A DNA stretch of 64,000 nucleotides from Elusimicrobiota bacterium. GTDB taxonomy: Bacteria > Elusimicrobiota > UBA8919. Made by a program: the position numbers and the translations under genes. Positions 52,926 through 63,050 of the stretch are shown one piece after another. The DNA lies in NCBI GenBank assembly GCA_003452965.1, contig DMMW01000002.1:43975-107974 (forward strand), given 5' to 3'. The first letter of the stretch is position 1. Each line of letters opens with the position of its first letter. The notes beneath the pieces were generated by a model, which worked only from the letters and a program-made list of their open reading frames with translations, was not told the DNA's origin and did not search any database.

Positions 52926-53794
52926 ATAAAGAAAAGCCGAATATTTGGCCTAAAATATCAATAGTAACACCATCTTTTAACCAATGTAAATATCTGGAAA
53001 GGACGATAGAAAGTGTTTTATCACAGAATTATCCTAATCTTGAATATTTAATTATTGATGGTGGTTCTACTGACAGTAGCATAGAAATAATAAAACAATA
53101 TGCTGATAAAATAAGTTTTTGGGTTAGTGAAAAAGATAATGGTCAGGCAGATTCTATAAAAAAGGGTTTGGATAGGGCTACAGGAGATATTTTTGCTTTT
53201 CTTAACTCCGATGATGTTTTGACGGAAAAATCACTATTTATTGTTGCAGAAGAGTTTAATAACAACAAGGATTTAGGTGTTTTAGCAGGTGCCGGTGGAA
53301 TGATAGACAGTAATGATAATTTTTTATATGGTACTTATCCTTTAGGGTGGAATAGGTATATTTTACTTTCTTCACAAAGTAGATATATGCAACCTAGCGT
53401 ATTTTATTCGAAAAAATCTTATAAACAAGCTGGTGGTATCAATCCTGATATGAAATGTTGTCTCGATTTTGAATTTTTTGTTAGATTGGCAGATACAAAA
53501 ATTAAACATAAAATAATTTACAAAAAATTATCTTATACCAGGTTACATCCTTTGACAAAGACTGCAACTTGGCAAGAAATATCTGATAAAGAAAAATATG
53601 AAATATACAAAAAATATAATTTTAATGATAATAATATAAAGTATAAGTTATTTTTTATGTATAATAGAGTAAAACATTTTTTATTTAGAATTTATTATGA
53701 AGGTATTTTAAATACTTTAAAAAAAAGATCAAGAAAAATATTGTATGAACATAATACCGGTAATAATAATATACATAAAAGAGATAATTTTTAG
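52922..53794 (+). CDS. GT2-family glycosyltransferase (tandem paralog 1)
   Basis: ISIVTPSFNQCKYLERTIESVLSQNYPNLEYLIIDGGSTD, AFLNSDD. Confidence 0.75.
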   Translation: MNKEKPNIWPKISIVTPSFNQCKYLERTIESVLSQNYPNLEYLIIDGGSTDSSIEIIKQYADKISFWVSEKDNGQADSIKKGLDRATGDIFAFLNSDDVLTEKSLFIVAEEFNNNKDLGVLAGAGGMIDSNDNFLYGTYPLGWNRYILLSSQSRYMQPSVFYSKKSYKQAGGINPDMKCCLDFEFFVRLADTKIKHKIIYKKLSYTRLHPLTKTATWQEISDKEKYEIYKKYNFNDNNIKYKLFFMYNRVKHFLFRIYYEGILNTLKKRSRKILYEHNTGNNNIHKRDNF

Positions 53795-53873
53795 TTAAAT
53801 AACTTTCTATTGCAGATGAAAATTAAAAAAAAAATATACTATGGATAATATATTATAAGGTTTTGATAATTTA

Positions 53874-54794
53874 ATGGAAAAACAATCGCCTTTAGTTTCA
53901 ATAATTACGCCTACTTTTAATCAATCAAAATTTCTCTCAGAAACAATAGAAAGTGTTTTGAAACAGGATTACGATAATGTTGAATACATGGTTATTAATG
54001 ATGGTTCAACAGATAATACGGAAGAAATTTTAAAAAAATATGGGGATAGGATTACTTGGGAAACTCAGAAAAACATCGGACAAACACCAACGATTAATAA
54101 AGGTTGGAAAAAATCAAAAGGTTCAATTTTAGCTTACATTAATTCTGATGATACTTATTATTCTGAAAATGTAATATCTATAATAGTTGATTATTTTCAA
54201 AAAAATCCGGATGTTTATATTTTATACGGTAATAGTGTATATATAGATGAAAATAGCGATGAATTGGGTATGTATGATTCATACGAATTTAATTATGATA
54301 AAATATTCAGCACTTGCTCGAACCCCATTCCGCAACCTTCGGCATTTATAAGGAAAGAGGTATTAGATAAGGTTGGATATTTAGATGAAAGGATATATTA
54401 TGCAATGGATTTGGATTTATGGTTAAGAGCCGGAATGCATTTTAAAATTGGATACATACCTGAAAAGTTATCAACATATCGATTGCACAAGGACGCAAAA
54501 AGTGTTTCTTCAATGGCGAGATCTGCAAATGATGTAGTATATATCTATAATAAATTATTTAGAGATAAAGATTTGCCAAAACATTTTATAGAACAAAAAA
54601 AGAAAATTATGGGACGTGCATATTTATTATCAGCCGAACAATATTTTATGGGTAAAGATTGGAATAAATCTTATCAAGCATTTATCGAAGTTATAAAAAT
54701 GGACATTAGTAGTATGGGAATCCGATGTTGTGTAAAATTTATGTTTTCATATATTTTATCACTAATAAAAATTTTTAGAAAAAATAATAAGTAA
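53874..54794 (+). CDS. GT2-family glycosyltransferase (tandem paralog 2)
   Basis: VSIITPTFNQSKFLSETIESVLKQDYDNVEYMVINDGSTD, AYINSDD. Confidence 0.75.
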   Translation: MEKQSPLVSIITPTFNQSKFLSETIESVLKQDYDNVEYMVINDGSTDNTEEILKKYGDRITWETQKNIGQTPTINKGWKKSKGSILAYINSDDTYYSENVISIIVDYFQKNPDVYILYGNSVYIDENSDELGMYDSYEFNYDKIFSTCSNPIPQPSAFIRKEVLDKVGYLDERIYYAMDLDLWLRAGMHFKIGYIPEKLSTYRLHKDAKSVSSMARSANDVVYIYNKLFRDKDLPKHFIEQKKKIMGRAYLLSAEQYFMGKDWNKSYQAFIEVIKMDISSMGIRCCVKFMFSYILSLIKIFRKNNK

Positions 54795-54844
54795 ACTAAA
54801 TATTCTAAAAATGATGGAGAATAATTATATAAGGAAATAAATTT

Positions 54845-56314
54845 ATGAAATCACAAAATATCAGCGATTATACGAATGAAGATGATAAATTTATAAATTT
54901 TTCAACAATATTAAAAGCAAGCACTTTGATATTATGGATAATGTTCAGCATTTTGTTTACATTTCAAAAATTTATAAAAGTTAAAATCTATGCTGATTTT
55001 AAGACCTTTTTAGTAATAACACTATTTAGTTTATTCCTTTATATTTTTATTAGTTCAAAAAATGAACATTATGAAAATAGTTTAAGATTAGGTATTGGGT
55101 TTATTTTAATAATAATATTCCTTCAAAGAATAATATTTCTAACAATATATCCAATAGATTTTGAATATAATTTTTATAAAATTTATACGTTAAAAGAGTT
55201 TAATTATGGGATATTTGCATTCAGTATATTATTATTTGCAAGTTTTATAGCAATAAAAACTGTAAAATTTATTCCTTTTAAGGAGCCAAAGATAATATAC
55301 ACATTACCTTCCTATACTAAAATAAGATATGTTTTGTATATCATTGCATATTTGTCTTTAATTATAAGTATAAATCTTGGTTATTTTTTGAATTGGAAAA
55401 TGGGTACAAAATGGGAATATGGTTGGTTATCTAAATTGTTTCCGAATTCTTTGTATACTACGATGATGGTTTTATTATGGGTATTTTACGGACAATATTT
55501 AAAAATAAAAGACAAAATATTAATATCAATATATTTATTGTTGACTATTATGTTTGGTTTAATACAGGGTAGTAGAAGTGGTATTTTCGGAATAGTAATG
55601 ACATTTTTTAATGTTATAGTAGTTGTAAAAGGTAATTTTAAAATATCTAAAAATATTTTTATTATATTGGTTATTATTAATTTAATATTAGGTCCATCTT
55701 TATGGTTTGTAGGAAATGCAATTAGATATAAAAAAAGCATAAGTTATATTTATAAAACATCAAGTTTATTAAAAATAACCAGTGCTATTTCATATAGAGT
55801 AGGTTCGGCTACCGATGATTTTTTAATAGAAGTTAATAATTGGGGTGATAAAGAAATTATTAAATCATTGTTTACTTTAGAAAACGTTATAAAAGCAGGG
55901 ATAAATGCAGCAGTTCCAGGTGAGGTGTTTAAGGATGCCCCGTTTGAAAGCAGCGGTAACTTATGGCTTTCAATATTCATGAGTGAACAATTGGGCAGTA
56001 GAGTGCAAGGTACAGTTTGGTCAGGTTTTGGTTTTATGTATACTTTATTTGGGAAATGGGTTTTATTACATGTATTTTTATGGTTTTTGGGAATAAGTTA
56101 TATTTTAAAAATATTAATTACTAGAAAAACAATATTTCATAATTTGATAGCAGTTTATATTTTTAATATATTTATTATAGAATATTTTATGAATGGCAAT
56201 TTAGATGCTTTTATTACCGGAGTATTTTCAGTATTTCTTTTAATATTTATATTATATTTTATAATAACTATTGGAATAAATGCTCTCAATAAACCTGTAA
56301 AACAATCCCGATAA
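54845..56314 (+). CDS. polytopic membrane protein, putative O-antigen/repeat-unit polymerase (Wzy-like)
   Basis: 489 aa, more than 10 hydrophobic helices with one larger loop; typical of divergent Wzy; no conserved motif. Confidence 0.35.
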   Translation: MKSQNISDYTNEDDKFINFSTILKASTLILWIMFSILFTFQKFIKVKIYADFKTFLVITLFSLFLYIFISSKNEHYENSLRLGIGFILIIIFLQRIIFLTIYPIDFEYNFYKIYTLKEFNYGIFAFSILLFASFIAIKTVKFIPFKEPKIIYTLPSYTKIRYVLYIIAYLSLIISINLGYFLNWKMGTKWEYGWLSKLFPNSLYTTMMVLLWVFYGQYLKIKDKILISIYLLLTIMFGLIQGSRSGIFGIVMTFFNVIVVVKGNFKISKNIFIILVIINLILGPSLWFVGNAIRYKKSISYIYKTSSLLKITSAISYRVGSATDDFLIEVNNWGDKEIIKSLFTLENVIKAGINAAVPGEVFKDAPFESSGNLWLSIFMSEQLGSRVQGTVWSGFGFMYTLFGKWVLLHVFLWFLGISYILKILITRKTIFHNLIAVYIFNIFIIEYFMNGNLDAFITGVFSVFLLIFILYFIITIGINALNKPVKQSR

Positions 56315-56425
56315 TTCAAAAAAAGTTGATTTTAGTAAATAAAAATTCTATAATACTAAAGTGAATGTGATTGGTTTAGAATTGTATTTATTGTTATTTT
56401 TGAAAAGTGTAGTAATGGAGCTAAA

Positions 56426-57634
56426 TTGAAATTATTGTTCGTTTCACAGCATTTTCCGTATCCTCCATATAGTGACGGTTCAAGATTGATCGAATATAAT
56501 CTTTTAAAAAATATTTCTAAATATAATAATATATATTTCATTTCTTTTTTAATTCCGGGCGAAGAAAAATATATCAATCAAATTAAACCATTTTGTGATG
56601 AATTTATTGCTATTCCATTAAAATATAGTAAATTGGGTAGAATTAAAAAATATGTACATGACATATTTTCACCTAAAAGATTTGAATCGGTTTTAATGAA
56701 AAATGAAATTAATGAAGCCGTCAAGAAATTCAATCCGGATGTCGTGCATGTTGATTTACCAATGATGTCACAATATTGGAAGTGTTTTGATAATATTCCA
56801 AAATTAATTAATTCAGTTGATGCAATATCATTATTAGCTTATAAAAATATTAAAGATAATAAGAATTTAATAAAGAAACTTATGTGGTATTTGCTTTATA
56901 AACAGCGAAAATATATAGAGAGCAAATATTTTTTAAACTATAATATTTGCACAGTAGTTTCAGGAGAAGATAAGGAAATGTTAGAAAAACATAGTCCTAA
57001 TCTGAAGATAGAAGTTATACCAAATGGTGTAGATATAGAATATTTTGAAGCAAATAAAGTAGATGTTGATATAAATGATTATGATGACGCAATCTTAGGT
57101 ATCTTTGGGGGAATGGATTTTTTTCCTAATGAAGATGCTTCAATATTTTTTATATCGGATATTTTTCCTTTAGTTAAGAAAGAATATCCGCAAGTTAAAC
57201 TGTACTTAGTCGGCAGGAAACCATCGGAAAGATTGAGTAATTTCGTGAAAAATAGAAGGGATATTATAATGACGGGTGAAGTTGAAGATATTAGGGAATA
57301 TTATAAGAAGGTTTCCATAGTAATATCTCCGATCCGGTTAGGTTCAGGTATAAAGAATACGGTTTTACAGGCGATGTCGATGTCTAAGGCTATCGTATGT
57401 ACATCGCAGGCAGTGAAAGCTATTGATATTATAAATGGAAAACATGTTTTGGTAACAGATAAAAATGTAGAATTTGCTGAAAAAATTATTAATCTAATTA
57501 AAAATAAGGAACTTAGAAAAAATATTGGAGATAATGCGCGTAATCTTATTGTTGAAAAGTACTCATGGGAAATTCACGCAAAACATTTCCAAAAAATTTA
57601 TAAAGATATAAGTTTAGAAAAAGATGTAAGGTGA
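56426..57634 (+). CDS. GT4-family glycosyltransferase (TTG start as listed, RBS ggag 7 nt upstream)
   Basis: MKLLFVSQHFPYPP, IRLGSGIKNTVLQAMSMSKAIVCT. Confidence 0.7.
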   Translation: MKLLFVSQHFPYPPYSDGSRLIEYNLLKNISKYNNIYFISFLIPGEEKYINQIKPFCDEFIAIPLKYSKLGRIKKYVHDIFSPKRFESVLMKNEINEAVKKFNPDVVHVDLPMMSQYWKCFDNIPKLINSVDAISLLAYKNIKDNKNLIKKLMWYLLYKQRKYIESKYFLNYNICTVVSGEDKEMLEKHSPNLKIEVIPNGVDIEYFEANKVDVDINDYDDAILGIFGGMDFFPNEDASIFFISDIFPLVKKEYPQVKLYLVGRKPSERLSNFVKNRRDIIMTGEVEDIREYYKKVSIVISPIRLGSGIKNTVLQAMSMSKAIVCTSQAVKAIDIINGKHVLVTDKNVEFAEKIINLIKNKELRKNIGDNARNLIVEKYSWEIHAKHFQKIYKDISLEKDVR

Positions 57635-57637
57635 AAA

Positions 57638-59089
57638 ATGTCTTTTATTATTTTTGATAAAAACATCGAATATCCATCAAATGAATATTATTTTTCACCA
57701 AGTGAAAAATATCCGGAATATAACTTTGGACATATTTCTAAGAATCCGAATAATGTATACGGGGCAGTCAGAAAATGCTTGATAAACGCAGGTCTGGATA
57801 AGGAAAATTATGGAAAATCAAATTGGAATCCGCTAAGTTCGTTAATTTCTAAAGGAAATAATGTTTTTGTGTTATGCAATTTTGTTTATCATAAAAAAAA
57901 CGATGAGACAGAAGAAGAGTTTTTTGCAAAATGTACACACGGTTCAGTTATCAGGGCAGTAACTGACTACATTTTACTGGCTGTCGGAGAAAATGGTTCT
58001 GTTTCTTTCGGGAATTCACCTTTGCAATCTTGTGATTGGGATAAAGTATTGCAAGATACCAGGGCAAATAAGATTGTCGAATTTTATAACAAATATAAAA
58101 ATAAGAATTTTAAAGTTAGTGCGGTTGACCTAAGACTTTATAAAACCGTAAGAGATAATTTAGGTAGAATATTATCAATTAATGATGAAAAAGAAAACGG
58201 TTTAAATATTAATATTGATATTGGTAAGGACAGTTTGCTGGAGGTATTATATAATGATAATAAAAAGCCGGAGTTCAGGGTTTCAGATTATAATCCCCGA
58301 AGTATAATGGAATGTCATGATATCGGGAAACATATTTATATGTTGAATAAAAAAATATTAGAATCCAATGTGATAGTAAGTATTCCAAAGCTTAAAACAC
58401 ACGAGAAAGTTGGGATAACGTGCGGGTTGAAAGGTTGTGTAGGTGCAATCACATATAAGAAGTGTTTAGTGCATCACCGTTTTGGTTCATTAAAAACTGG
58501 AGGAGATGAGTATTTAGAAAATTTTTTCTTATTGAAATGGTTTTCAATATTTCACGATTATGTTAATAAAAAGAGTATTGGTTTATTTGAAAATATTTTG
58601 CATATTTGTGATAAAATGTTCTGGAAATTTTCAAGAATAATTGGTATTAATGTATTTGGCAGCTGGTACGGAAACGATAGTGCGTGGCGTATGACTTTAG
58701 ATATTGCAAGAATTTTGAGGTATTCTACTGTTTCAGGTGAATTGAAAAATGAACCGCAAAGAAAACATATGCTTTTTACTGACGGTATTATTGCCGGGGA
58801 CGGTAATGGTCCTCTATCTCCTAATCCTGTAAAAAGCGGAATTCTTAATTTTTGTGATGATATTGTAATTGGGGACTACGTTAGCAGTTTAATTATGGGA
58901 TTCAATCCTGATAAAATTAAAATGATAAAAGAAGCATTTCGGATGAATAAATATAATTTAACTGAAAAATTACCAAAAGATATAATAGTAAAAGTAAATG
59001 GCGAATTGATACCTCTAAATAAATTAAACTCGCATTTGAAATTAAAGTTTATCCCTCCTAAAGGTTGGAAAAATCATATAGAATTATAA
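57638..59089 (+). CDS. DUF362-domain protein (paralog of 44060..45493)
   Basis: SIPKLKTHEKVGITCGLKGCVG, GSWYGNDSAWR, TDGIIAGDGNGP, KGWKNHIEL (matches SKNWVNHIEKE of paralog). Confidence 0.6.
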   Translation: MSFIIFDKNIEYPSNEYYFSPSEKYPEYNFGHISKNPNNVYGAVRKCLINAGLDKENYGKSNWNPLSSLISKGNNVFVLCNFVYHKKNDETEEEFFAKCTHGSVIRAVTDYILLAVGENGSVSFGNSPLQSCDWDKVLQDTRANKIVEFYNKYKNKNFKVSAVDLRLYKTVRDNLGRILSINDEKENGLNINIDIGKDSLLEVLYNDNKKPEFRVSDYNPRSIMECHDIGKHIYMLNKKILESNVIVSIPKLKTHEKVGITCGLKGCVGAITYKKCLVHHRFGSLKTGGDEYLENFFLLKWFSIFHDYVNKKSIGLFENILHICDKMFWKFSRIIGINVFGSWYGNDSAWRMTLDIARILRYSTVSGELKNEPQRKHMLFTDGIIAGDGNGPLSPNPVKSGILNFCDDIVIGDYVSSLIMGFNPDKIKMIKEAFRMNKYNLTEKLPKDIIVKVNGELIPLNKLNSHLKLKFIPPKGWKNHIEL

Positions 59090-59101
59090 AATAAAATTCA
59101 A

Positions 59102-60418
59102 ATGACACTATTCGGTACTATCAGAAAAAAAATATTATCAAAAAATATTGAAAAAAGAAATCTTGAATATCTTCAAGTTATGGAAGATAAACAAAGATTA
59201 TTTTTTCAGTTGGGAAAATTTAATAAATGCTGGCAGAAAATAATTAAAAATATTCAATATTATTCAGATTTAGTTAATGATAAGAAACTTCCAAAAAGAT
59301 TTGAGACATGGAAAGAGTTTTTAGAAAAAGTGCCGGTTATTACTAAAAAAACTATACAAGAGAGTAAAAATATAATGTTTGATAAGTCAAGGAATATTGA
59401 TTTTGTACGTACTACAGGAGGAACAACCTCACAGCCGATTCAATTACCTGCATGGAATTCGGAGATGAGAATAACAGAGCTGGATATGTGGTTCGCAAGA
59501 AGTTGGTATGGAATATATCCAAATAGCAAATTATTTCTGATATGGGGTCACAGCCATTTGTTGGGGGCAGGAATAAAAGGAAAAATTAACAAATTTAAAA
59601 GAAAATTTAAAGATTATCTTTTGGGATATTACAGGTTTTCAGCATATAATATGAATGAAGAAAATATGCGTAGAGCAGCTTTGGAAATGTTGGATTTTCA
59701 TCCGGATTATATTATTGGTTACAGCGTGGTTTTAGATTCTTTTGTAAGAGCAAATAGAGATTTAATAACGGAACTAAGAAAAATAGGGGTTAAGGTAGTA
59801 ATAGGCGCTGCCGAATCATTTCCTTCAGATAATACCGAAGAAATACTTGGTAAAATGTTTAATTGTCCGGTTGGTATGGAATATGGTTCGGTTGAAACAA
59901 ATTTAATTGCCCATACTCATCCTGATGGCGGATACAAGGTTTTTTGGCAAAACTATTTTGTAGAAGCAATTGATAACGGATTACAAAATGGCAAAATAAT
60001 AAGGGTGACTAGTCTTTATCCGAGATGTTTTCCTTTGATTCGTTATGAGATTGGCGACGCTGCGCAATTATTTGAAGGGGATAACGGGATTGGATTAACC
60101 CGTTTTCAGAAGGTTATCGGCAGATGTAATTTATCTGTTAATTTGAAAGATGGAAGTATAATTCATTCCGAAGTTTTTACACATGCTTTACGTGATTGCG
60201 AAGGTATTATTCGTTATCAGGTGATACAGAATAAAGATTCAATAAGATTGTTAATAATTAAAAATGAAAAATTTAATAATAATATGGAAATAAGAATTAA
60301 AGAAAAATTTTCTAAAATTCATCCTGATTTAAATAAAGTAAAAATTGAAGTAGTGCAGAATTTGGAACAAACTTTAGCAGGTAAAACACCGATGATAATA
60401 AGACATACTGTGGATTGA
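59102..60418 (+). CDS. adenylate-forming enzyme of the CapK / phenylacetate-CoA-ligase / F390-synthetase-like family
   Basis: RTTGGTTSQP (AMP-binding TSGTTG-type), length and topology of PaaK-like enzymes. Confidence 0.55.
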   Translation: MTLFGTIRKKILSKNIEKRNLEYLQVMEDKQRLFFQLGKFNKCWQKIIKNIQYYSDLVNDKKLPKRFETWKEFLEKVPVITKKTIQESKNIMFDKSRNIDFVRTTGGTTSQPIQLPAWNSEMRITELDMWFARSWYGIYPNSKLFLIWGHSHLLGAGIKGKINKFKRKFKDYLLGYYRFSAYNMNEENMRRAALEMLDFHPDYIIGYSVVLDSFVRANRDLITELRKIGVKVVIGAAESFPSDNTEEILGKMFNCPVGMEYGSVETNLIAHTHPDGGYKVFWQNYFVEAIDNGLQNGKIIRVTSLYPRCFPLIRYEIGDAAQLFEGDNGIGLTRFQKVIGRCNLSVNLKDGSIIHSEVFTHALRDCEGIIRYQVIQNKDSIRLLIIKNEKFNNNMEIRIKEKFSKIHPDLNKVKIEVVQNLEQTLAGKTPMIIRHTVD

Positions 60419-60473
60419 TTTTATTTAATTACGTTAATTTAAAAGCAGATTATCCGTATTCTATTGTTTAGTT

Positions 60474-60485
60474 AATCTGTGTAAT
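60474..60485 (+). repeat. junction motif AATCTGTGTAAT (+), left copy of a direct pair
   Basis: direct read of sequence. Confidence 0.8.
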
Positions 60486-60496
60486 TTGTACACGGA

Positions 60497-60543
60497 GCTC
60501 GTAGCCACTGCAACGAGCGAGTATGCAACCCCGTTTTACGGGG
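60497..60543 (+). other. two GC-rich hairpins (GCTCGT..ACGAGC; CCCCGT-TTT-ACGGGG) between direct motif copies
   Basis: read directly. Confidence 0.5.
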
Positions 60544-60555
60544 CAAACATCATCT

Positions 60556-60570
60556 AATCTGTGTAATCAG
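60556..60570 (+). repeat. junction motif AATCTGTGTAATCAG (+), right copy, 18 nt before ATG 60589
   Basis: direct read of sequence. Confidence 0.8.
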
Positions 60571-60588
60571 GTTTTACAAGGAAGGATA

Positions 60589-61710
60589 ATGAAGATAGTA
60601 ATTAATGCTTATTCTGCGCGAAGGGGTGGTGGGCAAACATATTTAACAAACCTGCTTAAAAATATAGATTCAAATCCCAGATTGGAAGTTTATATTTTCG
60701 CTGACGAATCACAGTATATACCCAACCATCCAAATATTAAAAAGATAAAAACAAACTGGTCGACTTGCAATCCTTTTTTTAGAACAATATGGGAAAAGTT
60801 TATATTGCCTATATTTTTAAAAAAGATAAAAGCGGATGTTCTTTTTTGTCCTGGCGGACTAGTGAATACAAGAGTTCCGGTTGGATGTAAAATTGTTACA
60901 ATGTTCCGTAATATGATTCCGTTTGATATTGAGCAAAGGAAAAAATACCCGTTTGGATATATGAGGTTTCGTAATTGGTTATTGGAGAAACTTTTTTTGA
61001 AAAGCATGCTAAAAGCGGATTTGGTTATTTTTATATCGGAATATGCTAAAAAAGTTATTGAAAATAGAATACCCATTAAATTAAAAAAAACAGTATTAAT
61101 ACCTCATGGTATAAACGAAGAATTTAAGGTTTCTGATAGGACCAATATGATAAGACCTAATCAATTACCAAAAGAAGATTATATTCTTTACGTTTCTTTG
61201 TTTGACGTATATAAAAATCAGATTGAAGTTGTGCAAGCATATAATTTATTGAAAGAAAGGCGTAAAACTTTCGAAAAACTGGTTTTTGTCGGTTTTAATG
61301 ATACGCAATATGGTGAAAGAGTTAAAAAAGAAATATTGAGATTAGGCTTGAAAAATGATATAATCCTGCTTGGCAATATTGATTATAAAGATTTGCCAAG
61401 TATATATAAGTTTGCTAAAATCAATATATTTGCATCTGAATGTGAAAATTGCCCAAATATACTGCTTGAAGCAATGGGAGCAGGAAGGCCTTTAGTTGTC
61501 TCAAATAAGCCACCGATGCCTGAATTTGGCGGTGATTCTGCGATTTATTTTAATCCTAGGTCACCGGAAGATTTATGCAATAAAATTTTTACTATTATTG
61601 ATAAGCCCGGGGAATTGAATGGGTTATCTAAAAAAGTCTTTGAGCGTTCCTTGTTATATGATTGGAAAGAAACTTCAAGAAAAACATGGGAAGCGTTAAA
61701 AAGTTTGTAA
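60589..61710 (+). CDS. GT4-family glycosyltransferase
   Basis: MKIVINAY after RBS aggaagg; CPNILLEAMGAGRPLVVSN E-x7-E region. Confidence 0.75.
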   Translation: MKIVINAYSARRGGGQTYLTNLLKNIDSNPRLEVYIFADESQYIPNHPNIKKIKTNWSTCNPFFRTIWEKFILPIFLKKIKADVLFCPGGLVNTRVPVGCKIVTMFRNMIPFDIEQRKKYPFGYMRFRNWLLEKLFLKSMLKADLVIFISEYAKKVIENRIPIKLKKTVLIPHGINEEFKVSDRTNMIRPNQLPKEDYILYVSLFDVYKNQIEVVQAYNLLKERRKTFEKLVFVGFNDTQYGERVKKEILRLGLKNDIILLGNIDYKDLPSIYKFAKINIFASECENCPNILLEAMGAGRPLVVSNKPPMPEFGGDSAIYFNPRSPEDLCNKIFTIIDKPGELNGLSKKVFERSLLYDWKETSRKTWEALKSL

Positions 61711-61713
61711 AAA

Positions 61714-62958
61714 ATGAATATTTTAATTGTTTCACATTATTTTTGGCCGGAAAATTTACGTATAAATGATTTAGCTTTGGGGTTGGTTGATAAAGGTCAT
61801 TTTGTGACGGTTCTAACGGGAATACCTAATTATCCCGAAGGTAAGTTCTATGAAGGTTACAGTTTTTTTAAAAAACTAAAAGAGAATTATAAAAATATTA
61901 AGATAATAAGGGTGCCGGTAATACCGCGAGGCAAGGCAAGAAAAATAGATATGATATTAAACTATCTGTCATATCCGCTTATGGGAAGTTTATTAGGTCC
62001 TTTTTTATGTAAAGATAAATATGATGTAATTTTTGTTCCGCAGTATTCGCCTTTTACCGTAGGAATTCCTGCGGTAGTTTTAAAATGGTTTAAGAAAAGT
62101 CCTATTTTGTTTTGGGTCCAGGATTTATGGCCCGAAAGTGTTGTTACTGCAAAGGATTCAATAAAATCACCTTTTATACTAAAGCTTATTGAAAAAATGG
62201 TAAGATTTGTATATAAAAATTGTGATAAGGTTTTAATTCAATCAAAAGCGTTTATAGATAATTTGGAAAAAATGGGAGTCAATCAAGAAAAAATTTATTA
62301 TTTTCCTAACTGGGCGGGCGAGTTTTCTCAACAGGATTCAGTATCTGAAAAAAAAGAAAAAGTACCGGATTTGCCAAAAGGTTTCCGCTTGATGTATGCA
62401 GGTAATATCGGTACGATTCAGGATTTTGAAACTATATTAACTTCTATGGAAAAATTGAAAAATTATACTGATATACATTTAATTGTAATAGGAGAAGGGC
62501 GAAATAGCGGGTGGGTAAGAGAACAAGTTAAACTAAGAAATTTAGATAAGAACGTTCATTTATTAGGCAGGAAACCGATAAATGAAATGCCTTATTACTA
62601 TTCACAGGCGGATGCGATGTTGGTAACACTCAAGACCGAACCGATATTTGCATTAACTATTCCAAATAGAGTCCAGTCGTATCTTGCGAGCGGCAGGCCT
62701 ATTATTGCAGGTTTAGATGGTGAAGGTGCAAGGGTTATTAATGAAGCCGGAGGGGGTTTGACCTGCCCGAGTTCAAGACCTGAAGAACTAAAGGATATAA
62801 TTTTAAAACTTTATAAAAAAACACCGACAGAACGGACTGAAATGGGATCCAAGGGTTTGGATTATTACAGAAAAAATTTTGATTATAATATGTTAATGGA
62901 TAAATTAGTAAATTTAATGGCTAATATCAGTGAGTGTCCCATTAGGAAAGCCTATTAG
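61714..62958 (+). CDS. GT4-family glycosyltransferase (WcaI-like)
   Basis: MNILIVSHYFWPENLRINDLALGL, GNIG, C-terminal GT-B region. Confidence 0.7.
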   Translation: MNILIVSHYFWPENLRINDLALGLVDKGHFVTVLTGIPNYPEGKFYEGYSFFKKLKENYKNIKIIRVPVIPRGKARKIDMILNYLSYPLMGSLLGPFLCKDKYDVIFVPQYSPFTVGIPAVVLKWFKKSPILFWVQDLWPESVVTAKDSIKSPFILKLIEKMVRFVYKNCDKVLIQSKAFIDNLEKMGVNQEKIYYFPNWAGEFSQQDSVSEKKEKVPDLPKGFRLMYAGNIGTIQDFETILTSMEKLKNYTDIHLIVIGEGRNSGWVREQVKLRNLDKNVHLLGRKPINEMPYYYSQADAMLVTLKTEPIFALTIPNRVQSYLASGRPIIAGLDGEGARVINEAGGGLTCPSSRPEELKDIILKLYKKTPTERTEMGSKGLDYYRKNFDYNMLMDKLVNLMANISECPIRKAY

Positions 62959-62971
62959 GGTGTCATTATGA

Positions 62972-62987
62972 TCCCGATTTATCGGGA
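62972..62987 (+). promoter_or_regulatory. 16-bp perfect palindrome TCCCGATTTATCGGGA after GT4 gene / before RmlD-like gene
   Basis: 7-bp arms, 2-nt centre. Confidence 0.4.
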
Positions 62988-63050
62988 GAAGAATCTTAAA
63001 ACCGAGATACTTCGCTATCGCTCAGTATGACAAAGAAAGTATATAAGAAA

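Noticed and set aside
60490-60545. GC-rich double hairpin considered as a tRNA or small RNA gene
   Set aside because: No cloverleaf and no T-loop or anticodon-arm geometry; only two simple stems. Kept as a structural element, not an RNA gene.
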